Positions 9,140 through 19,740 of a stretch of 64,000 nucleotides of DNA are shown piece by piece (within the stretch, counting starts at the first letter, position 1; every line of letters begins with the position of its first letter). The position numbers and the translations under genes were made by a program. Source of the DNA: an uncultured Methanosarcinales archaeon (GTDB lineage: Archaea > Halobacteriota > Methanosarcinia > Methanotrichales > Methanotrichaceae); the NCBI GenBank assembly GCA_963843555.1, contig CAWJKV010000009.1, positions 1 through 64,000 on the forward strand, given 5' to 3'. The notes below the pieces were generated by a model. That model worked only from the letters and a program-made list of their open reading frames with translations, did no database searches and was not told the origin of the DNA.

Positions 9140-9982
9140 TTACTCGCTCGCGGCCCTCATCCTCTCGTACTCCGCCAGCACCTCTTCCGTCTCTCCCAGC
9201 GCCACCATCCTGCCCTGTTTCATGAGCAGGCAGCGGCTGCAGAGCTTGCGCACTGTGCCCAGGGAGTGAGAAACTAGGAGTATGGTCTTGCCCGCTTTGC
9301 GGATCTCGTCGATCTTCTCGCCGCACTTCTTCTGGAAGGACTCGTCTCCCACGGAGAGCACCTCGTCCACCAGCATGACATCCGGGTTGGTCTGAATGGC
9401 CGTGGCAAAGGCCAATCGCACATACATTCCTGAGGAGAAGTTGCGCAGCTTCATGTTCTCGAAACGCTTCAGCTCGGAGAAGTCCATTATCTCCTCGTAA
9501 CGCTGGTCCACATCCTTGTGGGTCAGACCCATGATGGCCCCATAAAGATAGACATTATCTTTAGCGGAAAGCTCCGGCTGAAATCCCACTCCCAATTCCA
9601 GAAACGGGGCAATCTTGCCGTTGATCTGGACTCTTCCGCTGTCAGGGTAAAGAACACCTGCCAAAACTTTAAGTAATGTGCTCTTGCCGCAGCCATTGGG
9701 ACCGATAACCCCGAAGGTCTCGCCGTGCTTCACGGCAAAATTGATGTCCTGCAGCGCCAGGAATTCGTCGTATGAGGTGACGCCCCTCCCCAGCAGCCCT
9801 ACCAGATGCTCGAAAACTGTGAGCTTCTTTTCTTTGGGTATTCTGAACTTCTTGGAGATTCCTTCAACCACTATGGCATTGCTGTTTGTATTCCTGTCTT
9901 TGCCCGGCTTCGCCAGGTTCAGTTTGTCGAGGCCAATATTAATGCCTGAGAAGGGCAAAGGCACTTTAAATCTCCTCCGCAA
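9140..9982 (-). CDS. wzt: Polysaccharide ABC transporter ATP-binding subunit (Wzt/TagH-like)
   Basis: GPNGCGKST, FSSGMYVRLAF, LVDEVLSVGD. Confidence 0.92.
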   Translation of the reverse strand: MRRRFKVPLPFSGINIGLDKLNLAKPGKDRNTNSNAIVVEGISKKFRIPKEKKLTVFEHLVGLLGRGVTSYDEFLALQDINFAVKHGETFGVIGPNGCGKSTLLKVLAGVLYPDSGRVQINGKIAPFLELGVGFQPELSAKDNVYLYGAIMGLTHKDVDQRYEEIMDFSELKRFENMKLRNFSSGMYVRLAFATAIQTNPDVMLVDEVLSVGDESFQKKCGEKIDEIRKAGKTILLVSHSLGTVRKLCSRCLLMKQGRMVALGETEEVLAEYERMRAASE

Positions 9983-10727
9983 ACCTGCGCTCCAGCCTCT
10001 TGAAGACCAGAGATCCTGCGGCCATTAAAACCAGCCCCACGGCCAATGTAAAGACCATATATGTCAGCGAGGGCGGCCGGTGATAGAGCAGCACATCCCG
10101 GTACATCTGCATCAAAGCTGTGATTGGATTCAGCATGTAATACTTCAGGTACTGCGGGGGCACTGTGGAGAGGGGATAGACGATTGGTGAGAGGAAGAAT
10201 CCGATCTGAATCAGCACATCCCATATCTGATTTAAGTCGCGGTAGTAAACATAGAGCGAGGCTAGAATGAGGCTTATGCCGTACACAATCAGGAAATAAA
10301 TTATGTGGATAACCGGAAAGAGCAGGATGTAGGGAGAAATCCCCGCTCCCAGAATGATGAGCAGAGGCACCAGCACCAGGAACTCAAGAATTGAGCTTAT
10401 GAAGCTGGATAGAACACTGCTCATCACCAGAACCTGGCGGGGAATGTAGATCTTCGTCACCAGGCTGGATTTGCCGACCACGGCCATCATGGAGGCCGAG
10501 GTTCCTATGGAGAAGAAGCGCCAGCTTATGATGCCGATGAGGATGTACAGTGCAAATTGATCCTGATTGGTCTTGAATACATTATTGAAGACGAAATAGA
10601 GGACCAGCATCATGAGGAGCGGGTTTAAGAGCGACCAGGCAAATCCCAGAACTGAGCTCTGGTACTTCACCTTCAGATCGCTGATAGTGAGAATCTTGAT
10701 CAGTTCACGGTATTCGACGATCCACAT
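9966..10727 (-). CDS. wzm: Polysaccharide ABC transporter permease (Wzm/TagG-like)
   Basis: DLKVKYQSSVLGFAWSLLNPL, ~6 TM segments, YRDL, SPIVYP, LNP. Confidence 0.92.
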   Translation of the reverse strand: MWIVEYRELIKILTISDLKVKYQSSVLGFAWSLLNPLLMMLVLYFVFNNVFKTNQDQFALYILIGIISWRFFSIGTSASMMAVVGKSSLVTKIYIPRQVLVMSSVLSSFISSILEFLVLVPLLIILGAGISPYILLFPVIHIIYFLIVYGISLILASLYVYYRDLNQIWDVLIQIGFFLSPIVYPLSTVPPQYLKYYMLNPITALMQMYRDVLLYHRPPSLTYMVFTLAVGLVLMAAGSLVFKRLERRFAEEI

Positions 10728-10728
10728 C

Positions 10729-11667
10729 TTACTGCCTCTTTATGCTGCTCCAGGTCTTCACAAACCTTTCGATCTCGGAGTCATCTGTTCTTCGCACGAC
10801 ATCCTTTCGCTTTCTGAGCATCTTTGTCGCGCCCTTCAGAGCATCTACCTTCGATTTAAGGATAACCCTGCCCTGGCCGCGCAGAGCATAGTAGGGAATC
10901 AGTGCCAGATTCCTGGCTATGATAAAAGGCAAAGAGGTGATCAGAAGCCTCGTGGGAAAATCCTTAATCACGTACCAGATTACATTCCTATTGCCGTAAT
11001 AGACGGAAAGATCCGATCCGGCGCCCGCTGTTCCGCCATGATGGTGGAAGACCTTTGCCTCCGGCACATAGATGCAATTCCAGCCTGCCAGGCGGGCACG
11101 GAAGGCCAGATCCACATCCTCCATGTAGAGAAAAAAATCCTCATCGAAAAGGCCGATCTCATCCAGCATCTCTCTTCGGTAGAGGGCTGCTCCTGCGCAG
11201 GCTCCAAAGACCTCCTCCTGGGCATCGTACTGCCCAATGTCCGGCTCGAACATTCCTCGATCCCAGGCCGCGCCGCTTCGAGAGAGGCAGATTCCCGCAG
11301 AGTTGATGCGTCCATCATCAAGCAGCATCTTGGCGGCACAGACGCCCACTTTTGAATCGGCCATGGGCTTATGCAGATATTCGAGAAGGCGGCTGTCAGC
11401 TCTTGCATCGTTATTGAATGTGAGGATGAACTCCCCCTTCGCAGCCCTGATTCCCGAATTAGTCCCCCCGGCAAATCCCAGGTTCTCCTTGTTTATCACC
11501 AGCCGCACCCAGGAAAAATTAGATTCGATATGCTCAACGCTGCCATCCGTGGAGGCATTGTCTACTACTATAACCTCAAGGTCGCGGAATGTCTGCGCCG
11601 CTAAAGATGATAAGCAATCGTCCAGGTATCTCTTGCCATTGTAGTTGAGCACCACCACGCTTATCAT
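10729..11667 (-). CDS. Glycosyltransferase family 2 (WbbL/rhamnosyltransferase-like)
   Basis: VVVLNYNG, VVDNASTDGS, NLGFAGG, FNND, FDEDFFLYMEDVD. Confidence 0.9.
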   Translation of the reverse strand: MISVVVLNYNGKRYLDDCLSSLAAQTFRDLEVIVVDNASTDGSVEHIESNFSWVRLVINKENLGFAGGTNSGIRAAKGEFILTFNNDARADSRLLEYLHKPMADSKVGVCAAKMLLDDGRINSAGICLSRSGAAWDRGMFEPDIGQYDAQEEVFGACAGAALYRREMLDEIGLFDEDFFLYMEDVDLAFRARLAGWNCIYVPEAKVFHHHGGTAGAGSDLSVYYGNRNVIWYVIKDFPTRLLITSLPFIIARNLALIPYYALRGQGRVILKSKVDALKGATKMLRKRKDVVRRTDDSEIERFVKTWSSIKRQ

Positions 11668-11784
11668 AATCTATACCTGGAAAAGATTTATCTTAAATGT
11701 ATCCTCTTGTTGACCGGATGGTCTGGGCTGCGGTCTGCAAGCATATGCAGAATATCGAGCGGCCCGAAGGACTGGCGGCAAATC

Positions 11785-12718
11785 ATGCAAGAAGAAGTTA
11801 TGGAGGATAGCCGGGTCACTAAACCGCAGCCAAGAGTATACACAATAGTTCTCAATTACAATAATTTCTCTGACACCGTAGAGACTCTGCAATCCGCTCT
11901 GATGCTTGCTTACACGAATAATCATATTCTTCTTGTGGAAAACAGCACGAAAAAAGAGATCCCGGAGAGAATTCGCCAGCTTTTTCCCGACCTGGAGATC
12001 ATTGAGAACGAAAAGAATCTGGGATATGCGGGCGGCAATAATGCAGGCATACGCTATGCCATGCAGCAGGGCGCCGAATACATTTTCGTTATAAATAATG
12101 ACGTAATCCTTCAGCAGGATGTCCTGGATAAGCTCGTTCTTGCCATGCAGTCCGACCGGACGGCAGCCGCCTGTCAGCCCCTTGTCACTTACTATGATGA
12201 TAAAGACAAAATATGGTCGGCGGGAAGCCAGCTTTTCCTTGGTTATCCCAGATTGTACTATAGAGGGAAAACGTAAACACGGCAAGGGCACAAAGAAACC
12301 GCCATTTGGCCTGGTCGGCTGCGCCCTTCTCTTTCGAGCACAGTCTCTGCAGGAGATAGGCCTTTTCGACGAATCCCTTTTTCTCTTGCAGGAGGAGACC
12401 GACTGGTGCATGAGAGCAGTTGGAAAGGGTTTCAATCTCCTGGTGGTTTGCGATGCCGTTGTTCATCACAAGGTATCGGTGACCCTGGGGTAGTTTAGCA
12501 AAGAATATCTCTACTATGTCTCACGAAACTGGCTGCTGGTGGGGAAGAGACATAACAGTAGGAGTGGCTATGCATACATTTTGCTCACAGAGCTATTCAC
12601 GAGAATTCCTTACTATCTATATCAATTGGCCAGAAAAAAACAGATCGCTATGATGAAATACTATTATTATGGATTGATGGATGGTCTGCATGGAATAAGT
12701 GGAGTAAGGGATTTTTAG
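11785..12718 (+). CDS. Glycosyltransferase family 2 interrupted by a frameshift (~12270) and an in-frame TAG (12491-12493)
   Basis: IVLNYN, NLGYAGGNN, INND; the second frame gives GCALL, GLFDESLFLLQEETDW and HHKVSVTLG*FSKEYLYYVSRNW, open to TAG at 12716-12718. Confidence 0.75.
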
Positions 12719-12748
12719 CGGGCTGGCAAAAAAAGAAAAGGGGCTGTA

Positions 12749-13614
12749 ATGATCGAGCTGCTTGTAATAGGAGGAGGCCTTCTGGGACGCGCTGTGGCGA
12801 AGTGCTTCCAGAGAAGAGCTTCAGGACTGCTGTGACCTACAACTCTCATCCGCTGCAGGTGGAAGGTTGTGCGACCTATCAGATGGATATGACCGGAAGC
12901 GTTGATCTTATCCGAAGCCTGAAGCCGCAGTACATAGTCCTGACCGCAGCCATGACCAATGTAGATGCCTGTGAAGCGGACCGCATCGCTGCCTGGAAGG
13001 CCAATGCCCTGGGACCCAAAAATGTCGCATTGGCGGCCAGGGATATTGGAGCAAAGCTGATTCACGTCTCCACAGATTACGTCTTTGATGGCGAGAGGGG
13101 AATGTACCGGGAGGACGACCCGACCTCTCCCATCAACTACTACGGAGAGAGCAAGCTTGCCGGCGAGAGGTCGTTCGGGAAATCTGCGGATTCTGCAATC
13201 GCCAGGACCTCCGTTCTCTATGGCCAGAATCCCGTCCGGCAGAACTTCGTCACATGGGCCGTGGAGGAGATGAAGAAGGGAAACAGGATTAATATCGTAA
13301 ATGACCAGTACACATTCTCCCACCCTGTCCTCAAATCTGGCAGACATGATCTTGAGCCTAAGGGATGAGACAGGGATCTTTCACACCGGTGGAACGGAGC
13401 GAATCAACCGTTACGATTTCGCCATCAAGATCGCCAGCGCCTTCGGACTCGACGAATCTCTGGTAAACCCCATCACTTCAGACCAGTTGAGCTGGAAGGC
13501 GAGGCGACCCATGGATTCATCCCTGGACACCTCGAAGGTCTCCCGTTTCACAAAACCTTTAAATGTAGAAGAAGGACTGAATGCCATGTTGATGGAAGAA
13601 TGGTGGTGGAATGA
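12749..13614 (+). CDS. rfbD: dTDP-4-dehydrorhamnose reductase; frameshifted, 3' end approximate
   Basis: AAMTNVDACE, HVSTDYVFDG, YYGESKLAGE, RPMDSSLD. Confidence 0.85.
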
Positions 13615-14676
13615 AGGGTTTGGTGCTTTCGGGCGGCTTTGGCACAAGGCTTCGCCCTCTGACTTATTCTCAACAAAAGCAGCTCATACCGGTGGCCAAT
13701 AAGCCCATTCTCTTTTATGCCATAGAGGATATTATTGCAGCCGGAGTGCACGATATTGGGATAATAGTCGGGCCCAATCGCGACCAGGTGGAGAAGACGG
13801 TCAAGAGCAGAGATTGGGATGCTAATATCGAGTTCATTTACCAGGATTCACCACGGGGCCTGGCTCACACCGTGCTAATTTCTGAAAAGTTCATGGATGG
13901 CGAGCCTTTTGTCATGTATCTGGGAGACAACCTCCTTTGCGACGGCATAGTCGATCACGCCAATCGCTTCAGAAGCTCGGGAGCCGATGCATCGATTCTG
14001 CTCACTGAGGTCTCCCATCCCGAGCGGTTCGGCGTGGCTGAGCTGAATGAGCGCGGAGAAGTGGTCCGGCTGGTGGAAAAACCCAAGGTTCCGCCGTCCA
14101 ACCTGGCCCTTGTGGGGGTCTATCTCTTCAAGCCCGTCATATTCGATGCGGTGAAGAATATCAGTCCTTCCTGGAGAAACGAGCTGGAGATAACTGATGC
14201 CATTCAGTGGCTGGTAGAGAAGGGCTATCATGTCCAGGCATCTGTCGTGAAAGGCTGGTGGAAGGATACGGGTATGCCCGAGGATATCTTAAGCGCCAAC
14301 AACCTCATACTGGATGAGATTCGAGACCATCGTGCTCCGGAGAGGTCGTGGATGGATCCGTGGTCCAGGGACGGGTTGAGATCGGACTAGGGCACGATTC
14401 TGGAAAATGGATCAGTGGTCCGCGGACCGGTTATCATAGGCCGAAATTGCAAGATCTCAAACTCTTATATCGGCCCCTACACGAGCATCGGAGATGGCTG
14501 CGACATCGTCGACTCCGAAATTGAAGAGTTCCATAGTGATGGATGGAACAAGGATCAATGTGAGGCGCATGATTGTTGACAGCTTGATCGGCACAAATGT
14601 AAGGATTTCTGAGAGCAGCAAGAAGCCCAATGGATTCAGGTTTGTGATCGGCGACAGCTCGGAGGTCAGAGTATGA
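13611..14676 (+). CDS. rfbA: Glucose-1-phosphate thymidylyltransferase, long form; frameshifts in the C-terminal beta-helix
   Basis: GLVLSGGFGTRLRPLT, KQLIPVANKP, MYLGDN, VEKP, RNELEITDA, WWKDTG, then IGPYTSIG. Confidence 0.9.
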
Positions 14677-15140
14677 TTGAGGGTGTCAAGACTAAGAATC
14701 TCAGGGTAGTTCCGGATGAGCGCGGCTGGCTTATGGAGATCCTGAGGTGCGATGATGAATTCTTCCAGAACTTTGGACAGGTCTACCTGACCACCGCTTA
14801 TCCGGGAGTCGTTAAGGCCTGGCATTATCACAAGAAACAGACAGACAATTTCACCTGCATAAAAGGCATGATGAAGGTAGCCCTTTTTGACGATCGAGCC
14901 GGCTCCAGGACGCACGGGGAGATCATCGAATTTTTTGTGGGAGACAAGAATCCCTTGCTCATCAGCGTTCCGCCGCTTGTCTATCATGGCTTTAAGGCGG
15001 TGGGCAATGAGACGGCCTACTTCCTGAGTATTCCCACCTTGGCCTACAACTATAAGGAACCTGATGAGTTTCGTCTGCCTCCGGATACGGATAAAATACC
15101 TTATGACTGGCTTCTGACCCCTGGCAAAAAGCATGGCTGA
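14673..15140 (+). CDS. rfbC: dTDP-4-dehydrorhamnose 3,5-epimerase family (cupin)
   Basis: DERGWLME, KAWHYH, VPPLVYHGF; lies between rfbA and rfbB. Confidence 0.88.
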   Translation: MIEGVKTKNLRVVPDERGWLMEILRCDDEFFQNFGQVYLTTAYPGVVKAWHYHKKQTDNFTCIKGMMKVALFDDRAGSRTHGEIIEFFVGDKNPLLISVPPLVYHGFKAVGNETAYFLSIPTLAYNYKEPDEFRLPPDTDKIPYDWLLTPGKKHG

Positions 15141-15165
15141 ATCGTGGTAATATCGAGGTAATGAT

Positions 15166-16107
15166 ATGAGATTACTGATCACGGGCGGTGCGGGCTTCAT
15201 CGGCTGCAACTTCGTTCGCCACGTGCTGGAAAAACATGCCGGCTATGATATAGTTGTGCTGGATAAGCTGACTTATGCCGGCAGGAGAGAGAACCTCCAG
15301 GATATCATGGAAGACATCACCTTTGTGCAAGGGGATATCTGTGATAGAGATGCAGTCCACAGTGCGATGGAAGGATGCGATAAAGCTGTAAACTTCGCAG
15401 CCGAAACCCATGTTGATAGATCGATCGATAATGCGGATGCCTTTCTTACCACAAACGTTTTAGGCACTCACACTCTGCTGGAGGAAGCAAGGAAATCGGA
15501 TCTGAAGAGATTCGTGCAGATAGGAACAGACGAGGTTTATGGAAGTGCCCCATTCGGCTCCTTCACAGAAACCGACCCCTTAAATCCTTCGTCTCCTTAC
15601 TCGGCATCCAAAGCCAGTGCCGATCTTCTGGCGCGCTCCTATTTCATAACCTACGGGTTGCCCATTTCTATAACCAGAAGCTCGAATAATTTTGGACCTT
15701 ACCAGTATCCTGAAAAGCTGATTCCCTTTTTCATCTTAAGAGCCATCCGAGGCGAAAAGCTACCTGTTTACGGTTCAGGGAATAACGTACGTGATTGGTT
15801 GTATGTGGCGGACAATTGTGAGGCAATTGATCTGGTTTTGCAGAAGGGTCAGCCGGGAGAGATCTATAACATAGGAGGCGGTAACGAACTCACCAACCTG
15901 GAAATAACAAGAAGGATTCTGGGTCGCCTGAATAAATCTGTGGATCTCATTGAGCATGTCAGTGATAGGCTGGGCCACGATTTCAGGTACTCTATCGACA
16001 GCAACAAGATTCGCAGTCTCGGCTGGAAGCTGGATCGCAACTTCGATGATGCTCTTGATAGAACTATCGATTGGTATCTTAACAACGAATGTGTTTGGAA
16101 AAATTGA
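15166..16107 (+). CDS. rfbB: dTDP-glucose 4,6-dehydratase
   Basis: TGGAGFIG, DKLTYAG, AAETHVDRS, TDEVYG, YSASK, YPEKLIP. Confidence 0.95.
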   Translation: MRLLITGGAGFIGCNFVRHVLEKHAGYDIVVLDKLTYAGRRENLQDIMEDITFVQGDICDRDAVHSAMEGCDKAVNFAAETHVDRSIDNADAFLTTNVLGTHTLLEEARKSDLKRFVQIGTDEVYGSAPFGSFTETDPLNPSSPYSASKASADLLARSYFITYGLPISITRSSNNFGPYQYPEKLIPFFILRAIRGEKLPVYGSGNNVRDWLYVADNCEAIDLVLQKGQPGEIYNIGGGNELTNLEITRRILGRLNKSVDLIEHVSDRLGHDFRYSIDSNKIRSLGWKLDRNFDDALDRTIDWYLNNECVWKN

Positions 16108-16150
16108 CAATTATTCATTATTCAATATCTTATTATTATCAATCACAACC

Positions 16151-17050
16151 CTAGTAGAAGCTGAGAAGCTCCTTCACCCCGTCCTCCAGGCTGTATTTCG
16201 ATCTGAATCCAAGCGTTTTTTCCGCTTTGGCGGTGTCAGATAGAGTGTGCTGCACATAGTTCTTTATGGGATTCTCCACATATTGCGGTGTCACGGATAG
16301 GTCCATGCTCTTGTTCAAAATCTCAATCACTTCATTGAAGCTATAGGCTTTTCCTGTGCCCACATTCAAGATCCCATGGTAATCCGAATCCATGGCCAGC
16401 CTTAACGCTCGCGTCACATCTTTGACATAAGTGAAATCCCTGGTTTGCCCCCCATCTCCGAATATGAGCGGCGTCTTTCCTTCGCGCATCTCCCAGAGAA
16501 ATTGGGTGACCATATTGGCATACTCCTTCTTTGCCGTCTCCTTCGGCCCGTAAACGGAGAAGAACCTCATTCCCACGGAGCGAACGTCGAAAAGCCGCTT
16601 GTAGAGCTCGGCCATTCTCTCCATGGCCAGCCTGGCCTCAGTATAGTAGTCTGTCACCTGAATTGTCATATCTTCATGATGAGGCGGCAAGAGGCCGCTG
16701 TAAAGAGATGACGAAGAGGCATAGATAACCCGGGCTTCAGATTTCCTGGCCAGTTCGAAGACGGCTGTAAAGCCGTTGAGAGCAACTCCAACCAGGTAGG
16801 GATTCTTCTTGTACATGGGCGAGGATGAGGGTATGCCCAGATGGTAGATCTTCTCGGGATGAAGATCCATTTCAGGCAGATCATTGCAGCTCCCCTGGAT
16901 CAGTTCCAGGCTGCCCTTCAAATCCGCCAGGTTGCTGGGGCTTCCTGTATGCATGTTGTCCAGAACCACCACATCTTCGCCTGCTGCCAGGAGCTCCTCC
17001 ACCAGATTGGAGCCGATAAATCCAGCGCCGCCTGTGACCAGTGTACTCAT
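16151..17050 (-). CDS. NAD-dependent epimerase/dehydratase
   Basis: VTGGAGFIGS, YASSSS, RFFSVYGP, GQTRDFTYV. Confidence 0.88.
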   Translation of the reverse strand: MSTLVTGGAGFIGSNLVEELLAAGEDVVVLDNMHTGSPSNLADLKGSLELIQGSCNDLPEMDLHPEKIYHLGIPSSSPMYKKNPYLVGVALNGFTAVFELARKSEARVIYASSSSLYSGLLPPHHEDMTIQVTDYYTEARLAMERMAELYKRLFDVRSVGMRFFSVYGPKETAKKEYANMVTQFLWEMREGKTPLIFGDGGQTRDFTYVKDVTRALRLAMDSDYHGILNVGTGKAYSFNEVIEILNKSMDLSVTPQYVENPIKNYVQHTLSDTAKAEKTLGFRSKYSLEDGVKELLSFY

Positions 17051-17293
17051 GATTATCAGGTTCTCTTAAATCCATGAACCTATATCCATCTGTCGCAAAT
17101 ACAACGGATTGCAATAAAACCGGATCGCATATTCATTCTATCAAAAAAACATGATCGGTAGCCCAAATACAGGTTTTCGAATCAGCTTTCGACTATTCAG
17201 GTACTCAAACCGCACCATTTCATCCATCTTTCTTGGAGAAGGTACTGAAAAAGGTAATATATGATGAGAAAGAACCATTCTCATGGTGAGAGA

Positions 17294-17533
17294 ATGAAAC
17301 GTTTCATGACAGTTTTGCTTGCGGCATTCATCATGCTTGTGGCAGCAGCTACAATTGCGTATGCTGAAGAGAGTGAAGACAACGGGGCCAATGATACCGA
17401 GACAGGTTCTGAAGACTCCGGAGACGAAGGAAACCAGACACCCGGCTTCGAGGTCGCATTTGCTGCGGCCGCGGCTCTGACTGCAGCTCGTCTTCTCAAA
17501 AACCCGATTGCTTTGAACCATTTGAACCTTTAA
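17294..17533 (+). CDS. Very small secreted PGF-CTERM (archaeosortase-target) protein
   Basis: Signal peptide MKRFMTVLLAAFIMLVAAATIAYA, acidic linker, then TPGFEVAFAAAAALTAARLLK. Confidence 0.75.
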   Translation: MKRFMTVLLAAFIMLVAAATIAYAEESEDNGANDTETGSEDSGDEGNQTPGFEVAFAAAAALTAARLLKNPIALNHLNL

Positions 17534-17590
17534 AACTCTTTTTTCTCGAATATCGAAACGGTTAAGGTCTATTTAGTAGATAGACTCCTC

Positions 17591-18333
17591 ATGACTTTTG
17601 CATTCTTTCCCGCTGTCGACCTGCGCGGCGGCAAGTGTGTGCAGCTCGTGGGAGGCGTGCCGGGAACAGAGGTTGTGGCCCTGGATAATCCTCTAGAGCA
17701 GGCAGAGCGCTGGGTCAATGAAGGCGCAGACCATCTGCACATCATCGATCTGGATGGGGCCATTTTGGGAAAAAGAGTGAACGCCCCAATTCTCGCCCAG
17801 ATCGTGAAGAAGCTGGACCTGTACACTCAAGTCGGCGGCGGCATCAGAACGAAAGAGGATGTGAAGACCAGTTCTCGATCTGGGTGTGGATAGGGCGATC
17901 CTGGGCACTGCGGCACTGAAAGATCCGGAGATGATTTCCCAACTGGCAGAGGAGCACGGCTCGGATAGGATCATGGTCGCACTTGGATGTCCGGCGAGGA
18001 GATGTAACCACGGAAGGCTGGCAGAGAACTCTTGGCAAGAATGCCGTTGACCTGGGAAAGCTCTTTATGGAGAAGGGCGCGGGCTCCATCCTCTTCACCA
18101 ACATCGATGTGGAGGGCAGAGAGCGGGGCCTTGACCTTGAGCCCACCCGCGCTCTCGTGCGGGCGCTGAAGATACCTGTGGTCGCTGCAGGGGGAGTGAC
18201 AAGCGTAGAGGATGTCCTGGCCTTGCGAGAGGTCGGCGCCTCCGGAGCCGTGGCAGGCACTGCCATTTATACAGGAAAGCTGAGCGTGCGCCAGACTCTG
18301 CAGGCGCTTCGAGAGGAGAGGCAGATGAAGTGA
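17591..18333 (+). CDS. hisA: ProFAR isomerase HisA; frameshifts near 17870 and 17980
   Basis: [48 protein letters not shown]. Confidence 0.9.
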
Positions 18334-18348
18334 GGGTGAGATGAGACG

Positions 18349-18915
18349 ATGACGATGAGAAAAGGCGAAGCAAAGGCGGAGTTTCGAGGCGGCAGGGCCG
18401 CTGTCAGTCTCGATCTGGACGGCTCGGGGAAGGCGGAGGTTTGCTCAGGATCGGGATTCCTGGATCACATGCTCACTGCCCTGGCAAAGACGGGACAGCT
18501 GGACTTGACGGCGCAGGCGGAGCCGGGCTTTTATAAAACCGAAGCCATGGGAAAAGCCATCGGCCAGGCCCTGGATGGGGCTCTGGCGGACCGCAGTGGA
18601 ATTCGCCGCTATGGCAGCGCCTCCGTTCCCATGGACGAGGCTCTGGCCGATGTGGCTCTCGACTTCAGCGGCCGGTCCTATCTGGTCATGGCCGGAGAGT
18701 TTCGGGGCGAGAGGATAGGCGACTTCGAGGTGATGCTCCTGCAGCCGTTCCTGGAAGCTCTATGTGTTGGCGCCCGGCTGACACTGCACGTGCGCTTCTA
18801 CGGCGAGAACGACCACCACAAGGCGGAGAGCGTCTTCAAGGCATTGGGCATGGCTCTCCGCGCGGCGGCAGCGAAAGAGGGGGCGGGCATTCCCAGCACC
18901 AAAGGAGTGATTTAA
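18349..18915 (+). CDS. hisB: Imidazoleglycerol-phosphate dehydratase
   Basis: GFLDHML, IRRYG, PMDEALA, GENDHHKAESVFKA; the first HHxxE motif appears degenerate (FYKTE). Confidence 0.88.
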   Translation: MTMRKGEAKAEFRGGRAAVSLDLDGSGKAEVCSGSGFLDHMLTALAKTGQLDLTAQAEPGFYKTEAMGKAIGQALDGALADRSGIRRYGSASVPMDEALADVALDFSGRSYLVMAGEFRGERIGDFEVMLLQPFLEALCVGARLTLHVRFYGENDHHKAESVFKALGMALRAAAAKEGAGIPSTKGVI

Positions 18916-19697
18916 TACAATTTTTCAATTTGCTTGAAGTCTATCCTTGCCGTTGAGTCCAGGGTGAGCGGCGTCAGGGAGATCTTCCTGTCCTGAGAGA
19001 TCGTCTGCACATCGGTGCCCTCCTCATCGCAGCAGATCAGTTCGCCGTCAATCCAGTAGTAGGGCCGGCCCCGCGGGTCGAAGCGCTCCTGCACAGTGGT
19101 CTTGAAGATCTTGCGCGACAGCCGTGTGACTACGATTTCAGTATCCTCTGTGGCATTGACAGGCACATTCAGGTTCAGAAGATCCACGCCTTCGGGAAGG
19201 CCATGCTCTAAGACCTTGCCCGCAACGCGGCGCAGGACTCTGGTGGCTACATCAAAGCTGTGCTTCTCACCGTGGTGCATATCGAATTTATCGCCCTGGT
19301 CTGCGACCTGGATGGATGCGGCGATGGCGGGAATGCCGTAGCTGGCAGCCTCGAGAGCTGCTCCGATGGTCCCGCTGGTGGTGACGGTGTCGGTGCTGAT
19401 GTTCTCACCCACATTGATTCCCGAGACGACGAGATCAGGCAGCTCCTTCAGGATGGCGAAGATGCCGATGATGACGGAATCGACTGGCGTTCCTGTAACG
19501 GCATACGCTTTGAAGCCGTTCAGGTTCACCTCTGCGTAGCGCAGCGGCTCAAAGACAGAGACCGATCTTCCTACGCCGCTCATCTGCCCGGAGGGTGCAG
19601 CAACTATTACCTGGCCCATGCCCTGCACGCTTTTCGCTGCTGCCTGCAGCCCGGAGGCGTAAACGCCGTCGTCATTGCTCACCAATATGCGATGCAT
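18912..19697 (-). CDS. surE: 5'/3'-nucleotidase SurE
   Basis: ILVSNDDG, GTPVD, VVSGINVGEN, SGTIGAA, DPRGRPYYW. Confidence 0.93.
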   Translation of the reverse strand: MHRILVSNDDGVYASGLQAAAKSVQGMGQVIVAAPSGQMSGVGRSVSVFEPLRYAEVNLNGFKAYAVTGTPVDSVIIGIFAILKELPDLVVSGINVGENISTDTVTTSGTIGAALEAASYGIPAIAASIQVADQGDKFDMHHGEKHSFDVATRVLRRVAGKVLEHGLPEGVDLLNLNVPVNATEDTEIVVTRLSRKIFKTTVQERFDPRGRPYYWIDGELICCDEEGTDVQTISQDRKISLTPLTLDSTARIDFKQIEKLY

Positions 19698-19740
19698 CGC
19701 ATCAATCCAGGCAGCCCGAGGTATTAAATCATGCGGCTTC

